This document shows positions 43,915-53,355 of a stretch of 64,000 nt of DNA, piece by piece. Origin of the DNA: a bacterium (GTDB lineage Bacteria > Patescibacteriota > Minisyncoccia > Phycocordibacterales > UBA9973). How positions within the stretch are numbered: position 1 is the stretch's first letter; the number at the start of each line of letters is the position of its first letter. Under the pieces are notes generated by a model. That model was not told where the DNA came from. It did not search any database and saw only the letters and a list, made by a program, of their open reading frames with translations. The stretch lies in contig JBAXTD010000001.1 of the NCBI GenBank assembly GCA_037130335.1, positions 103,419-167,418 of the forward strand, read 5' to 3'. Both the position numbers and the translations under genes were made by a program.

Positions 43915-44080
43915 TTTTAATTTCTAAAAATCGTAATTTTTTTAGTCCGGACATACTAAAAGGACGGTCCTGGCTGCCCAATATACTTGCTCCGTAGGAG
44001 TAGACATAGTGGCAGGACCGCCCTTTTAAGGTCGCTATATCTACTTTATTCCTACACTTTCGTATATCAGGCAGCATAAA

Positions 44081-44092
44081 CATTATACCACA
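44081..44092 (-). promoter_or_regulatory. Extended -10 promoter for the integrase
   Basis: TGTGGTATAATG on the minus strand about 170 nt upstream of the integrase ATG. Confidence 0.5.
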
Positions 44093-44263
44093 TTAAGCCT
44101 CTTTTTGGAGCTCTCTTTGGACGATTTTGTTGATAAGACTAGGCATCAATAGAGACAATTTTTCAGCAAGAGAGTCAACGTCCGTGCCAGCAAAAAATAC
44201 ATCCACAGATGGTCCGCTCTCATCATTGGTCGTATTCTTTTTGGCTGGTACGATTGAGGTCAT
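44093..44263 (-). CDS. Small hypothetical protein (candidate directionality factor)
   Basis: 56-aa ORF between the two recombinases; function inferred from position only. Confidence 0.4.
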   Translation of the reverse strand: MTSIVPAKKNTTNDESGPSVDVFFAGTDVDSLAEKLSLLMPSLINKIVQRELQKEA

Positions 44264-44279
44264 GTAAGTGTTACTTGTC

Positions 44280-45392
44280 CTATTTATTTCTTGCAAGAAT
44301 GTCTCGAAAAACCCGAAGTTCTTCTTCGGTCAGGGAACCGTCCTTGTGTTCTCCTTGTGAATTCTTCAGGCTTTTGACGATTCTGATGGCCTCGTTCGCG
44401 GTCATGTTGCCGTACCCATACGAACCGAATGTCGTGGCGACATCTTCGTGTCCCAAGTTGAGGCTGACTGCCTTCTTTTCCTCCTCGGTCAGTCGCTTCT
44501 TGCTCACGATTGCCACCGCCAAATTCCTGAACGAGTGTGGATGATAGTAAGGCATACCGGCTGAGAGGTATCGTTTCTGGAGAATCTTCCGCGCCGATCC
44601 GGAACTGCTCCAAAAATCTGTACCGATCGTTCCTCTGCTGTAAGCGCTCTCGCCAGTTTCAAGATCATTCTGTGTTGTAGGGAAAATCGGATCGTCCGGT
44701 CCGAAGCTCTTCGACTCCAGATATTCGTACCACTCCACGAAGTACCGCTCCGGGTCGTCCCAGCCGAGAGGGAAAAACGTACACAGGATACGTTTCGAGC
44801 TTTTGGTTTTGACGCCGTCCGCGGGGTTCTGGTCGATAACTTTTTCCTGTTTATCAAAACTCTTCATCTTGAGCGTAATGATTGCCGAAATGCGGGCACC
44901 TACCGTAAAGGCAAAACAGATGAGCGCTCGATCGCGCATGTCTATCTCATTTTTGATTTCAATGCCCTCTATGAGCTTCCGGATTTCCTCGAATGTGGGA
45001 ATCTTTTTGGTTGTGCTCTGTCGGGCGATGCGAGTATCCTTTTTGGAAAGACGTAAGTATTCAATATCGCCTTTTGCCATCTTGCTTTTGTACCCTGGCT
45101 GGTCGGAGAGCCATTCGAAAAACTTCTTTACACGGCGGAGATAGTTGTATCGGGTGACAATAGCGATTTTTCCCGTCGGAGTTTTTGACGATTTTGTCTC
45201 AAGCCACTCGACGAACGCCGTCGCCTTCATTTTGTTGAAATTGGCGAAGTCCTCGTTCCCTGTAAAAAGTTGCCACTTGGCAATCGCTCCAGCAAAGACG
45301 AGGATAGAGCCCTTGGTGAACCCTCGGGCACCCAGGAGTTGCTCTAAAAAGTCCCGCTTCGCCTTTTCATTTTCGTATGGTATGTCTGTCAT
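44280..45392 (-). CDS. Tyrosine recombinase/integrase
   Basis: RDRAL...GARISA (R), VKTK (K), HSFR, LGH and GSYG (Y). Confidence 0.92.
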   Translation of the reverse strand: MTDIPYENEKAKRDFLEQLLGARGFTKGSILVFAGAIAKWQLFTGNEDFANFNKMKATAFVEWLETKSSKTPTGKIAIVTRYNYLRRVKKFFEWLSDQPGYKSKMAKGDIEYLRLSKKDTRIARQSTTKKIPTFEEIRKLIEGIEIKNEIDMRDRALICFAFTVGARISAIITLKMKSFDKQEKVIDQNPADGVKTKSSKRILCTFFPLGWDDPERYFVEWYEYLESKSFGPDDPIFPTTQNDLETGESAYSRGTIGTDFWSSSGSARKILQKRYLSAGMPYYHPHSFRNLAVAIVSKKRLTEEEKKAVSLNLGHEDVATTFGSYGYGNMTANEAIRIVKSLKNSQGEHKDGSLTEEELRVFRDILARNK

Positions 45393-45398
45393 AGCCTG

Positions 45399-45632
45399 TT
45401 ATTTCAGTGGTAACGGGGTCGGTTTGAGCGGTTTCAGGGTTTTTGCCATTCTTTCCAAGAGCATGATGTTGGGCAGTAGGTCATTCGCCGCCTGAAACTG
45501 CTTTTTCTTGACGCAAACTTTTTGGATTTTTTTGAGATGTTCGATTTCCGACTCAAGCGCGGAGAGAACGTATGGGATATTTTTAAGACTGATGTTGAGG
45601 CTTATTTTTTCTTCGGTTGATGGAGTTTCCAT
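45399..45632 (-). CDS. Hypothetical protein
   Basis: 77-aa ORF tightly upstream of the tyrosine recombinase. Confidence 0.5.
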   Translation of the reverse strand: METPSTEEKISLNISLKNIPYVLSALESEIEHLKKIQKVCVKKKQFQAANDLLPNIMLLERMAKTLKPLKPTPLPLK

Positions 45633-45776
45633 GGTGTTAATTTCTGAGATTTTGTTTGTAATAATGCTCGACTGTTTGATTCATTTTTGCTGACTATTTT
45701 TGTCGTGATTTCGGTATGTGCGCCCACGGTTCATAACAGACATTTACGTTAGAAGAGAGGGTATACCATAGTCCTT

Positions 45777-46130
45777 TCAGGAGGGTCTGATTGTCCGGCT
45801 CATCTTCCTGTTGCAGACACGGCATTCGCCTGTTTTTCGGTTCGCCAATTTTCTAATCGTGCCCCGTTTTGCTAGTCGTGCGGCTCTGCATTTGAAGCAG
45901 TAAAACTCACACCGCTTCAACTTCACTTTTTTCTTGGAATCTTTTTTTCGCAAAAATTCTTTGATGTCGGAGCCCAGCAGGAGGATCGGTTTCTTGCTTC
46001 CTTGGACGATTGGCAGGCCGCTCTCGATCCAGCGTGAAATGGTTTTTTCAGTGGCGTCCACATCGTTCGATAGTTCTTTGATCGTGTAACTGATATGGTC
46101 ATATATTTTTTGACGGTTTATCCGTGTCAT
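45777..46130 (-). CDS. HTH (excisionase/MerR-like) protein with Cys4 Zn finger
   Basis: SYTIKELS...EKTISRWIESGL; FYCFKC...GECRVC. Confidence 0.75.
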   Translation of the reverse strand: MTRINRQKIYDHISYTIKELSNDVDATEKTISRWIESGLPIVQGSKKPILLLGSDIKEFLRKKDSKKKVKLKRCEFYCFKCRAARLAKRGTIRKLANRKTGECRVCNRKMSRTIRPS

Positions 46131-46141
46131 CGGATTCCGCT

Positions 46142-46426
46142 CTATTCCGAGTAGAGTTTGTTCTTTAGCGCCTTCATGTGGTCAAAATACGACCGGGCTT
46201 TGACCTCCAAGCGGTTCGAGAAATACTTGTCAGTTACTTCCTCGATGCCACTTTCCTTTTTGAACATAAACAGAGCTTTGCGCGGATTGCTTTTTTCAAC
46301 CGCTACAAGCTCAAAATCCGCACATAGGAGTGCGGCTGATACACCGAGGTCGTACGTTGTCCACACGAAATCGGGGTCATCGAGCGGGATGGACCCGCGA
46401 GATGCTTTCTTTGCTTTGTTACTCAT
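46142..46426 (-). CDS. DUF5659-like small protein
   Basis: TYDLGVSAALL...FELVAVEKSNPRKALFMF...KALKNKLY. Confidence 0.65.
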   Translation of the reverse strand: MSNKAKKASRGSIPLDDPDFVWTTYDLGVSAALLCADFELVAVEKSNPRKALFMFKKESGIEEVTDKYFSNRLEVKARSYFDHMKALKNKLYSE

Positions 46427-46597
46427 CGTAATTTTAGCTAGGTTTTGTAATATGAGAGTGTTCCTGCTCTCAATTACAGTTTTGATTTTTTGGAATGTTC
46501 TGCGTATTTCTTGTGATTTCTTGGAAACGCAAAATCCACCTTTATTTCAAAGGTGGATTTTTTCTAGAGAGAGCGATTTTTCAAGAAGTCACAGGAT

Positions 46598-48301
46598 TTA
46601 GCCCATCTTGTTATTGAAGCTCACTCCGACGGCTCGTACTATCTTGATGAGTGGTTTTCCATTATCTTCCGTTTTTGCTATTTCGGCGTATCGTAGAAAT
46701 CCGTTGCTCTTATCGGTGAGATTCGTTTGTATGAACTTCCGCATTTCCTCGTCATTTTTCGATTTTAATTTCGGAATCCGGCTCTTTACTTCGGCGAATA
46801 GTTCCTCATATTTTATCTCTCCGCCCTCGGGTCGGGTCGCATATAAAGCGCTGAATGTCTTGTAGTAATCAGCATCTTTTGAAAGGCCAAGCACGCCGCC
46901 CTTATACTTAAAATCGTCGCCATTTTTTGTGATATAAAAAAGATTTTGCGGATTTTTTTCGTACTTATTTAGTACCTCAATTTTCATTACGCCATCTTTT
47001 TCGGGAGTGACTTTTTTAGTCCTTTGCTCTGAAATGAGCTTTGTTATCTCTTCGAGCTGTTTTTCTTCGTCTGTCATTTCAGATTTTTCCTCGCCAAGAA
47101 TACATAATTTTGTAATCTCGCTATGCGTGCTATACAGCGATGGCCTGATTGTATCCCAAGACAGAACAGGACCAAGCGTCTCCGTCGGATTTTTAGGGTC
47201 GCCGTTCCATTCCATTTCGGCAGAATACAGATCGCCCTTAAATTGCTTGCAAGGATTGATACGATAGTGTTTCAAGGACAAACCGCGCGTGATGGTTTCG
47301 ATTTTATTTTTGAGCAAAAGGTAGGCGCTGTTCAGCTCCTTTGTGGGGTGGGTGATGTTCTCGCAAAAAATCTCAAGAATATCCATATATGCCTGGTGGT
47401 GTTTTCTCAATTCCTCGATTACATCTTTTTTTGCGAGCGCTGTCGCTTTGTCCTGCAAAATATCTTTTTCCTCCCATTCGAGTAAGACGTCGTCTGGTAA
47501 AATTGGCTGTTCTTCAAAACTTGTTATGATGTACTCGTTCCCGAGACGCTCGACAAGAAAATTATCATATTTCAAATACTTTTCTAGTTTTACAGCAAGC
47601 TCATCCGTCCTCTTCTCGTTGGCGTTGTGATTGAGCGGATGGAGGAGTGTTGTGATTATTTCTTTGATGGTCCAGTTTGCGTTGATGGCTTTTTTACGGA
47701 TAGTTTGTAGAACATCGTCAAAGTTGTAAAAAGAATTTTCTTCAAACAAGTCATCCACTAAGTAGGCGTGGATTACTTTTTGATTATAGAGCGCAGGTTC
47801 CTCCTCTATGATCGGTGATATAATTTTTCTTATAGCAAAATTGGTGAGGTAATTGTTGATTTCCTCCGCGACCAATTCAAGAACCTTCTCGCTGAAAGTG
47901 CCACTATTTATATCGGGCAATTCTTTGACTTCATCTTTTGTTGTTTCTTCCGAATTGATTTCCTCGGTGTCGTCGGTGATCGGCACGATTTTTGCAATGC
48001 GTTCGTCTGATTGTATCCGTAGGTTTTCGTAAGAAAGTACCTGGTTTAGCCCGTCAATAAAATTTTTTCGTAATTGCAAATCGGTGAAATTTAGTGGATG
48101 ACAAAACTCTTCAAGAACGCTAAAAAGTCCATCCTCTGTCGGTATTTTACCGAACGCATCAAGTGTTATTCGCCATTTGGCGTAGAGTGCTACGTCGGTA
48201 GAGATATGAGCATCCGTAAAGACATTCACGATCTCGTTTGTCGTAAATTGTCCCGCTATTAAGCGAGCGATTTTTTCTTTGACTCGAACACTGATTTTCA
48301 T
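46598..48301 (-). CDS. Protein with two AbiJ-N-like repeats and a C-terminal winged-helix-like domain
   Basis: Repeated HPLN...L.Y(E/D)N units; C-terminus LIKIVRAVGVSF; family call by resemblance. Confidence 0.55.
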   Translation of the reverse strand: MKISVRVKEKIARLIAGQFTTNEIVNVFTDAHISTDVALYAKWRITLDAFGKIPTEDGLFSVLEEFCHPLNFTDLQLRKNFIDGLNQVLSYENLRIQSDERIAKIVPITDDTEEINSEETTKDEVKELPDINSGTFSEKVLELVAEEINNYLTNFAIRKIISPIIEEEPALYNQKVIHAYLVDDLFEENSFYNFDDVLQTIRKKAINANWTIKEIITTLLHPLNHNANEKRTDELAVKLEKYLKYDNFLVERLGNEYIITSFEEQPILPDDVLLEWEEKDILQDKATALAKKDVIEELRKHHQAYMDILEIFCENITHPTKELNSAYLLLKNKIETITRGLSLKHYRINPCKQFKGDLYSAEMEWNGDPKNPTETLGPVLSWDTIRPSLYSTHSEITKLCILGEEKSEMTDEEKQLEEITKLISEQRTKKVTPEKDGVMKIEVLNKYEKNPQNLFYITKNGDDFKYKGGVLGLSKDADYYKTFSALYATRPEGGEIKYEELFAEVKSRIPKLKSKNDEEMRKFIQTNLTDKSNGFLRYAEIAKTEDNGKPLIKIVRAVGVSFNNKMG

Positions 48302-48456
48302 AGTTGAGAGTAATAGTAATTTTCTTGCACAATTGAATCCTAGCATCTTTTTCTATGAAAACTAAGTGTTTTTTGTTGTTCTCAAAACTTGCTGTTATTT
48401 TAAGATATGCTAAACTGTTTCCAAAGAGTGCTATAAATAGCATCTTTTGGAAATAT

Positions 48457-49083
48457 ATGCAATATCAAGAATTACGTCAAAAACTCAAGGATTTCAGTGT
48501 TTTTTCGCTTTCAGACATTCGAAAGATCGAATCTGATTTTCATCGTCGTCGCTTGAATGAATGGCAAGAAAAGGGTTATATCAAGAAGCTCCGTCGCGGA
48601 TACTATATTTTCTCCGATCTCTTAATCTCCGAAGAGACGCTTTTTCTCATTGCCAATCGTCTTTATAATCCCTCGTACGTATCACTTGAGATGGCGATGT
48701 CGCGCTACGGATTGATTCCTGAGTCGGTCTATGGCGTGACTTCAGTTGGGAGTAAAAAGACCGCCGATTTTAAGACACCGATAGCAACTTTTCTATATCG
48801 CAGTATCAAGCCGTCGCTTCTTTTTGGCTACAAGCTGGAAGGAACAAAGAAGCAGAAATATAAGATCGCCGAGATTGAAAAGGCGGTGTTAGATTATCTC
48901 TATTTCAACAAACATTTATCCGCTGACGATGATTTTGAGGGGATACGTTTCAATGGCGAGGAGTTTCTAAAAAAGGCTGATATGTTGAAGTTCGAGCGAT
49001 ACCTCAGAGTATTCAAGAATAAAAATTTAACAGAGCGGGCTGGTGCGCTTATCAATTATATAAAGAATAACAACCATGCTTAG
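48457..49083 (+). CDS. AbiEi-like type IV antitoxin / transcriptional regulator
   Basis: KGYIKKLRRGYY, PSYVSLEMAMSRYGLIPE and EKAVLDYLY. Confidence 0.85.
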   Translation: MQYQELRQKLKDFSVFSLSDIRKIESDFHRRRLNEWQEKGYIKKLRRGYYIFSDLLISEETLFLIANRLYNPSYVSLEMAMSRYGLIPESVYGVTSVGSKKTADFKTPIATFLYRSIKPSLLFGYKLEGTKKQKYKIAEIEKAVLDYLYFNKHLSADDDFEGIRFNGEEFLKKADMLKFERYLRVFKNKNLTERAGALINYIKNNNHA

Positions 49084-49852
49084 CCTTCAAGAAATCGAAG
49101 TTCAGTATCCAGAAAACCTACGCCCCTTCAAGCGCAACATTTTGCGTGAGTATTTGCAATACAAGATTTTGGAGATCATCTTCAAATCGTCTCACGCGGC
49201 TAAGCTTTCCTTTCTCGGGGGTACGGCGCTCCGAATCGTCCACAACAACAGTCGCTTCTCGGAGGATCTTGATTTTGATAACTTCGGGCTGGAAGAGAGT
49301 GAGTTCAATGCTATCGCCGAAGAGGTAAAAGCAGGGCTCGATGCTCTTGGATTGAAGACGGAAATCAATACTGTGATGAAGGGAGCATATCGTTGCAACG
49401 TCAGACTTCCTGAAGTGCTTTTTGTGAATGAACTATCTCCCTTGCAAGAGGAAAAGATATTGATCCAGATCGACACGGTCCCACACCAGTATCCATATAC
49501 GCCTGACAAAAAAATCCTCAACAAGTTTGACGTGTTTTCGGAGATCTTTGTCACGCCCGTGTCGCTCTTGCTTTCACAAAAAATCTGGGCTGCCATCAAT
49601 CGCAAGCGAGCAAAGGGTCGTGATTTCTACGACATCGTCTTTCTCTTTTCTTTCACTAAACCTGAGTACCCGTATTTGATGCAGAAGATCGGTGCGGGCG
49701 ATGGGGAAGCGGTTCGACAAAAGCTACTCGACTCTATCCAAGACCTAGATTTTAAGATGCTTGCTGACGATGTTCGTCCGTTCCTATTCAATCCGGCTGA
49801 TGCACAGAAGGTTGAGCTTTTCAGGGAATTTGTAGTTCAAGTAGAGTTTTAG
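49076..49852 (+). CDS. AbiEii/AbiGii nucleotidyltransferase toxin
   Basis: FLGGTALR, RFSEDLDF, QKI.A and RDFYD; overlaps the antitoxin stop. Confidence 0.9.
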   Translation: MLSLQEIEVQYPENLRPFKRNILREYLQYKILEIIFKSSHAAKLSFLGGTALRIVHNNSRFSEDLDFDNFGLEESEFNAIAEEVKAGLDALGLKTEINTVMKGAYRCNVRLPEVLFVNELSPLQEEKILIQIDTVPHQYPYTPDKKILNKFDVFSEIFVTPVSLLLSQKIWAAINRKRAKGRDFYDIVFLFSFTKPEYPYLMQKIGAGDGEAVRQKLLDSIQDLDFKMLADDVRPFLFNPADAQKVELFREFVVQVEF

Positions 49853-49867
49853 TATAATTGCAAATAT

Positions 49868-50641
49868 ATGAATTTCGAATTACCAAAATTACAACGCATG
49901 CCAGATGAGCCATCAGGCAGTGCTGATAATGAGACAATAAAAATAGGAAAACAGTATAATGAGTTTGCTGAAAATTTCGCTGATAAACATAAAAATTTAG
50001 ATGAAATTACGCAAGCTTCTTTTCAAAAAGCACTATTAGGAATAGTGTTTAAAGACAAAAAAGTTATTGATTTAGGGTGTGGAGATGGTTACGATTTATT
50101 GAAACTGCAAGAAAAAGGAGCGATTGTTTACGGTCTTGACGCTTCTGAAGAAATGATAAAACTTGCAAAGGCAAAGAACAGCCAGGGTAATTTTGAGAAT
50201 GGTTTTTTTGAAAATATTCCTTATGCCGATGCTTCTTTCGATGTTGTTATAAGTAAATATGCAATGCAAACAAGCAAGGATGTTCCTAAAATACTAGAGG
50301 AAGTTGGGCGAATTTTAAAACCTGGCGGAAAACTTGTGTATGTAGTAACTCATCCAGTCAGACAATTTATGGAGAAAAAGAAGGCGAACAAGGATTATTT
50401 TGAACAAGAGGTAGTAGATTCTGTTTTGTTTGACGGTGCAATTACTGTTCACGAGCCATCGCACACCCTCGCTGAATATCTTAATCCAGAATTTTTAAAA
50501 AATTTCGACTTAACTTTTTACGAAGAAAAATTTGATCCAAGTAATGCTGAAATGGTAGAAGGCTCAAGTTACCCAGCTTTTCTTTGTGTTGGAGCAAAAA
50601 GAAAAAATGCGAGTGAATCAACAATTTCTCAAACAGCTTAA
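49868..50641 (+). CDS. Class I SAM-dependent methyltransferase
   Basis: IDLGCGDG, GLDASEEM and RILKPGG. Confidence 0.85.
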   Translation: MNFELPKLQRMPDEPSGSADNETIKIGKQYNEFAENFADKHKNLDEITQASFQKALLGIVFKDKKVIDLGCGDGYDLLKLQEKGAIVYGLDASEEMIKLAKAKNSQGNFENGFFENIPYADASFDVVISKYAMQTSKDVPKILEEVGRILKPGGKLVYVVTHPVRQFMEKKKANKDYFEQEVVDSVLFDGAITVHEPSHTLAEYLNPEFLKNFDLTFYEEKFDPSNAEMVEGSSYPAFLCVGAKRKNASESTISQTA

Positions 50642-50690
50642 TACCAAGTTAGAACTATTGTTATTCAATAATTAACTCAACAAAACCCTC

Positions 50691-50750
50691 CCTAGACGGC
50701 ATTAAAAAAGACCATGATTGAAATCATGGTCTTAAGTATCTTCGTCTAGG
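50691..50750. terminator. Hairpin between convergent genes
   Basis: AAGACCATGATT/AATCATGGTCTT inside CCTAGACG/CGTCTAGG. Confidence 0.5.
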
Positions 50751-50756
50751 TGCACC

Positions 50757-51548
50757 TTATGCTCTTACTTTTTCAAGCAGGTTCTCCGTTGTAAATGGCA
50801 GTTGTAGATAATGAGGATTATCATTTGCCATCCACCCCGCAGCGATCACTCGCTGTTCGGGTTTTTTCGCCACTAACAATTTCTCAAAAACATCTTTTAC
50901 ATCTTTGCTTTTTACTTGCCCGTTAATCTCGCCTATAAGCAAGGTGATATCAGGATTTTTTTCAGCAAATGTAAGGGGGGCGTTTTCAGTACTCTCATTA
51001 GGGACAAAAATTACATTGAAGTCTGCCTTTAAGCTCTCTTCCAGTCTTTTTTTGTAGTCGTCATTGACTCCAATTAACATGAAAGATTTCTTAGTAGAAG
51101 CTTTCGGCTGCTCGCCAAGTTCGGCGTTCTCGATGGACATAAACCCTTCCGCTGCTGCCAGCCAGTTTTTGTTTCCCTGGTTGAAGCCGCTTACGAATGA
51201 GTTTTTGCCAAGGAGGCTGTCCATCGCCCAAGCTATGGGGCTCGCGTGATGACTGATGTCAGTCAATATGGCTACATGGGGAACGCCCGTGTTTTTTGCC
51301 AATATTGAAAGTATCAGACCGTACGGAGTGTCCTTACCGATTTCGGCTGTAGGGCCGACGCCTTCCTTCTCTCCCGGCATCATCAGATCCGTCAGCAGGA
51401 TGTCGAACTTCCTGGTTTTTAACAAGCCCACCGCCATGGAGTACATGGGGCAGCAAGTCAGGATGACATTTTTGCCGTTGAATTGTTTTTCTGCCGCATC
51501 AAGGTTTGCGCGCGTGTCGTCTACTACTAAGATTGCTATCTTTTTCAT
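50757..51548 (-). CDS. Response regulator receiver plus degenerate second receiver
   Basis: ILVVDD and LLTDLMMP; C-terminal Rossmann-like repeat ending YLQLPFTTENLLEKV. Confidence 0.7.
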   Translation of the reverse strand: MKKIAILVVDDTRANLDAAEKQFNGKNVILTCCPMYSMAVGLLKTRKFDILLTDLMMPGEKEGVGPTAEIGKDTPYGLILSILAKNTGVPHVAILTDISHHASPIAWAMDSLLGKNSFVSGFNQGNKNWLAAAEGFMSIENAELGEQPKASTKKSFMLIGVNDDYKKRLEESLKADFNVIFVPNESTENAPLTFAEKNPDITLLIGEINGQVKSKDVKDVFEKLLVAKKPEQRVIAAGWMANDNPHYLQLPFTTENLLEKVRA

Positions 51549-51793
51549 ATTTGTTGATTTTAAGTTTGAAATTATTGGTTTATTTCAACCTCTCTGTCGG
51601 GAGGGGCTCAAATAAACCAATAAAGCTTAAAATCAAAGGTTATTAAGGATTTCTTAAATCTTGATTATATCATAGCATGTTTATATATAAAAGTCAAGGC
51701 TAATTCAGCCTCGGCTTGGCCAATTGTTGACTTTCTATAAATATATGTTATCCTATAAAAAAATCACTCTTTCAACTTTTAAATAGCACTTTT

Positions 51794-52111
51794 ATGAAGA
51801 AAATAATGGTTTTCGGTATTTTCGTTTGCTGCATCGCGGCCAGTTGTTCTAAGCGCCCCCAAGTTGTTAAAGTCCTGCCTGGCAAGCTCGTTCGAGTGAT
51901 CGGCAACGATGTATTCTGCCAGTTAAAGCTCGAAGTCGATACTTCACTGAAAGGAGGATTCGGCATTGTTGCCACCTCCTACAACGTATTCGATCACGAC
52001 GCCGAGAAAGGTGACAGTATGCGGGTGGCTCTGTATTCTGACGGGTCCGTCGAAGCTCATACGTACCGCATGCGTACGGACATCATGATCAGGGAGGATC
52101 GCGGGGACTGA
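51794..52111 (+). CDS. Putative lipoprotein
   Basis: MKK + hydrophobic stretch + AASC lipobox. Confidence 0.55.
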   Translation: MKKIMVFGIFVCCIAASCSKRPQVVKVLPGKLVRVIGNDVFCQLKLEVDTSLKGGFGIVATSYNVFDHDAEKGDSMRVALYSDGSVEAHTYRMRTDIMIREDRGD

Positions 52112-52255
52112 TGCCAAAAGGAAAACGGGTGCGCCTATTCGTAAAAGTGCCCACAAATTAAGCCCTTGGAAAAACCAAGGCACTGTCGCAAGGTAATTGC
52201 TTTGCCTGATGAGTCCATGAGGACGAAACAGCTGTTCTTTACATAAAAAATCTAT

Positions 52256-53053
52256 ATGCTCAATTTCAAGGAGTTCCAAGCCAAAGCTCGGGAACTATTC
52301 GGCAAACTGAACTGCGATCCGGCCGGTGACGACCCCATCACATTTCTGCACTCCCTTCCCTGGGAGATACCGAACGGTCCTGCTTTTTCCGAAGAGGAAG
52401 TGGCACGAATGAATATCGACTTCGACGTGCGCGGCTGTTTCGGCCGGGCACTCAAAGCCGCAGTGTTGGTTGAGAAGTATTTTCCGAACGAAACTTTTTA
52501 CAACGGCGAGGTGCTCGAAGACTTGCTTCGCTCCATGCTAATGAAAAAAGTGACACCGGAAAAATGGCATGACGATACCTACGTCGCTGAGATTCTCCAG
52601 TATGAGAATCCGCACGTGGCGATCGTCTGGAACGATTCGCAGTTTGATCCAATCTTCAGTCTTCTGACTGACAGGCCGGAAACGCTCAAGCATCCGTCAA
52701 TATTGAAACATAGCCAATGGGAAGGATTGTACTGCTACTATCTCGTAAGCAGTGGCATGCTCTTGTTCAGACAAAAGCAAAATCCAAACCTATACTTGCA
52801 AGCTCTCAAGCAAGCCGAGGCGATCTGCCCGCACATGCTTCTCGTCAAAGAAAATCTGGTGAGCGCACTCTGCGCCCTGAACAGATTCGACGAGTCGGTC
52901 GCGATTGCGAAATCGCTGGTCGGAAAGCGCAAGGACGCGAAAATGCTATGGTTCCTATTGCAGATGACCGGAGACCCGGCGTACAAAGATCGGCTCGTAC
53001 GCGAGTATGACATCCAAATGCTTCACTTCTTAAACAAAGCGTTCATACCATGA
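52256..53053 (+). CDS. Hypothetical protein, possible transglutaminase-like Cys-His-Asp domain plus TPR
   Basis: RGCFG...PHVAIV...FDP; helical TPR-like C-terminus. Confidence 0.55.
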   Translation: MLNFKEFQAKARELFGKLNCDPAGDDPITFLHSLPWEIPNGPAFSEEEVARMNIDFDVRGCFGRALKAAVLVEKYFPNETFYNGEVLEDLLRSMLMKKVTPEKWHDDTYVAEILQYENPHVAIVWNDSQFDPIFSLLTDRPETLKHPSILKHSQWEGLYCYYLVSSGMLLFRQKQNPNLYLQALKQAEAICPHMLLVKENLVSALCALNRFDESVAIAKSLVGKRKDAKMLWFLLQMTGDPAYKDRLVREYDIQMLHFLNKAFIP

Positions 53054-53235
53054 CACCATCGGACTTGTCACCCGCTATGCGTAAGGCCTACGAGGCCCTT
53101 CCGGAAAACGAAAGAGAAGCGTTCCTTGAAGAGTATGCACACTGGTACGGCGAAACCGTGCGAGGAAACATATCTCGCATAATGGCACGCAATTTTTCGC
53201 ACAATGTTGGGAAACATGTGACGGAAGCGCAGTAA
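53050..53235 (+). CDS. Small hypothetical protein
   Basis: ATGA overlap with the upstream stop; 61 aa. Confidence 0.5.
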   Translation: MTPSDLSPAMRKAYEALPENEREAFLEEYAHWYGETVRGNISRIMARNFSHNVGKHVTEAQ

Positions 53236-53355
53236 AGAAATTGAAATTCCCAAAGGATAACGGACGAGCCTATATGTAAAATCGTCCACATTTTAGAGCC
53301 CATGAGGAAACTCGTGGTCTCTGAATGAAATTGTACTTTCACAAAATTTTTATTG

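Noticed and set aside
45638-45735. Two tiny overlapping minus-strand ORFs (17 and 15 aa) within the island operon
   Set aside because: Too short to distinguish from chance; possibly remnants.
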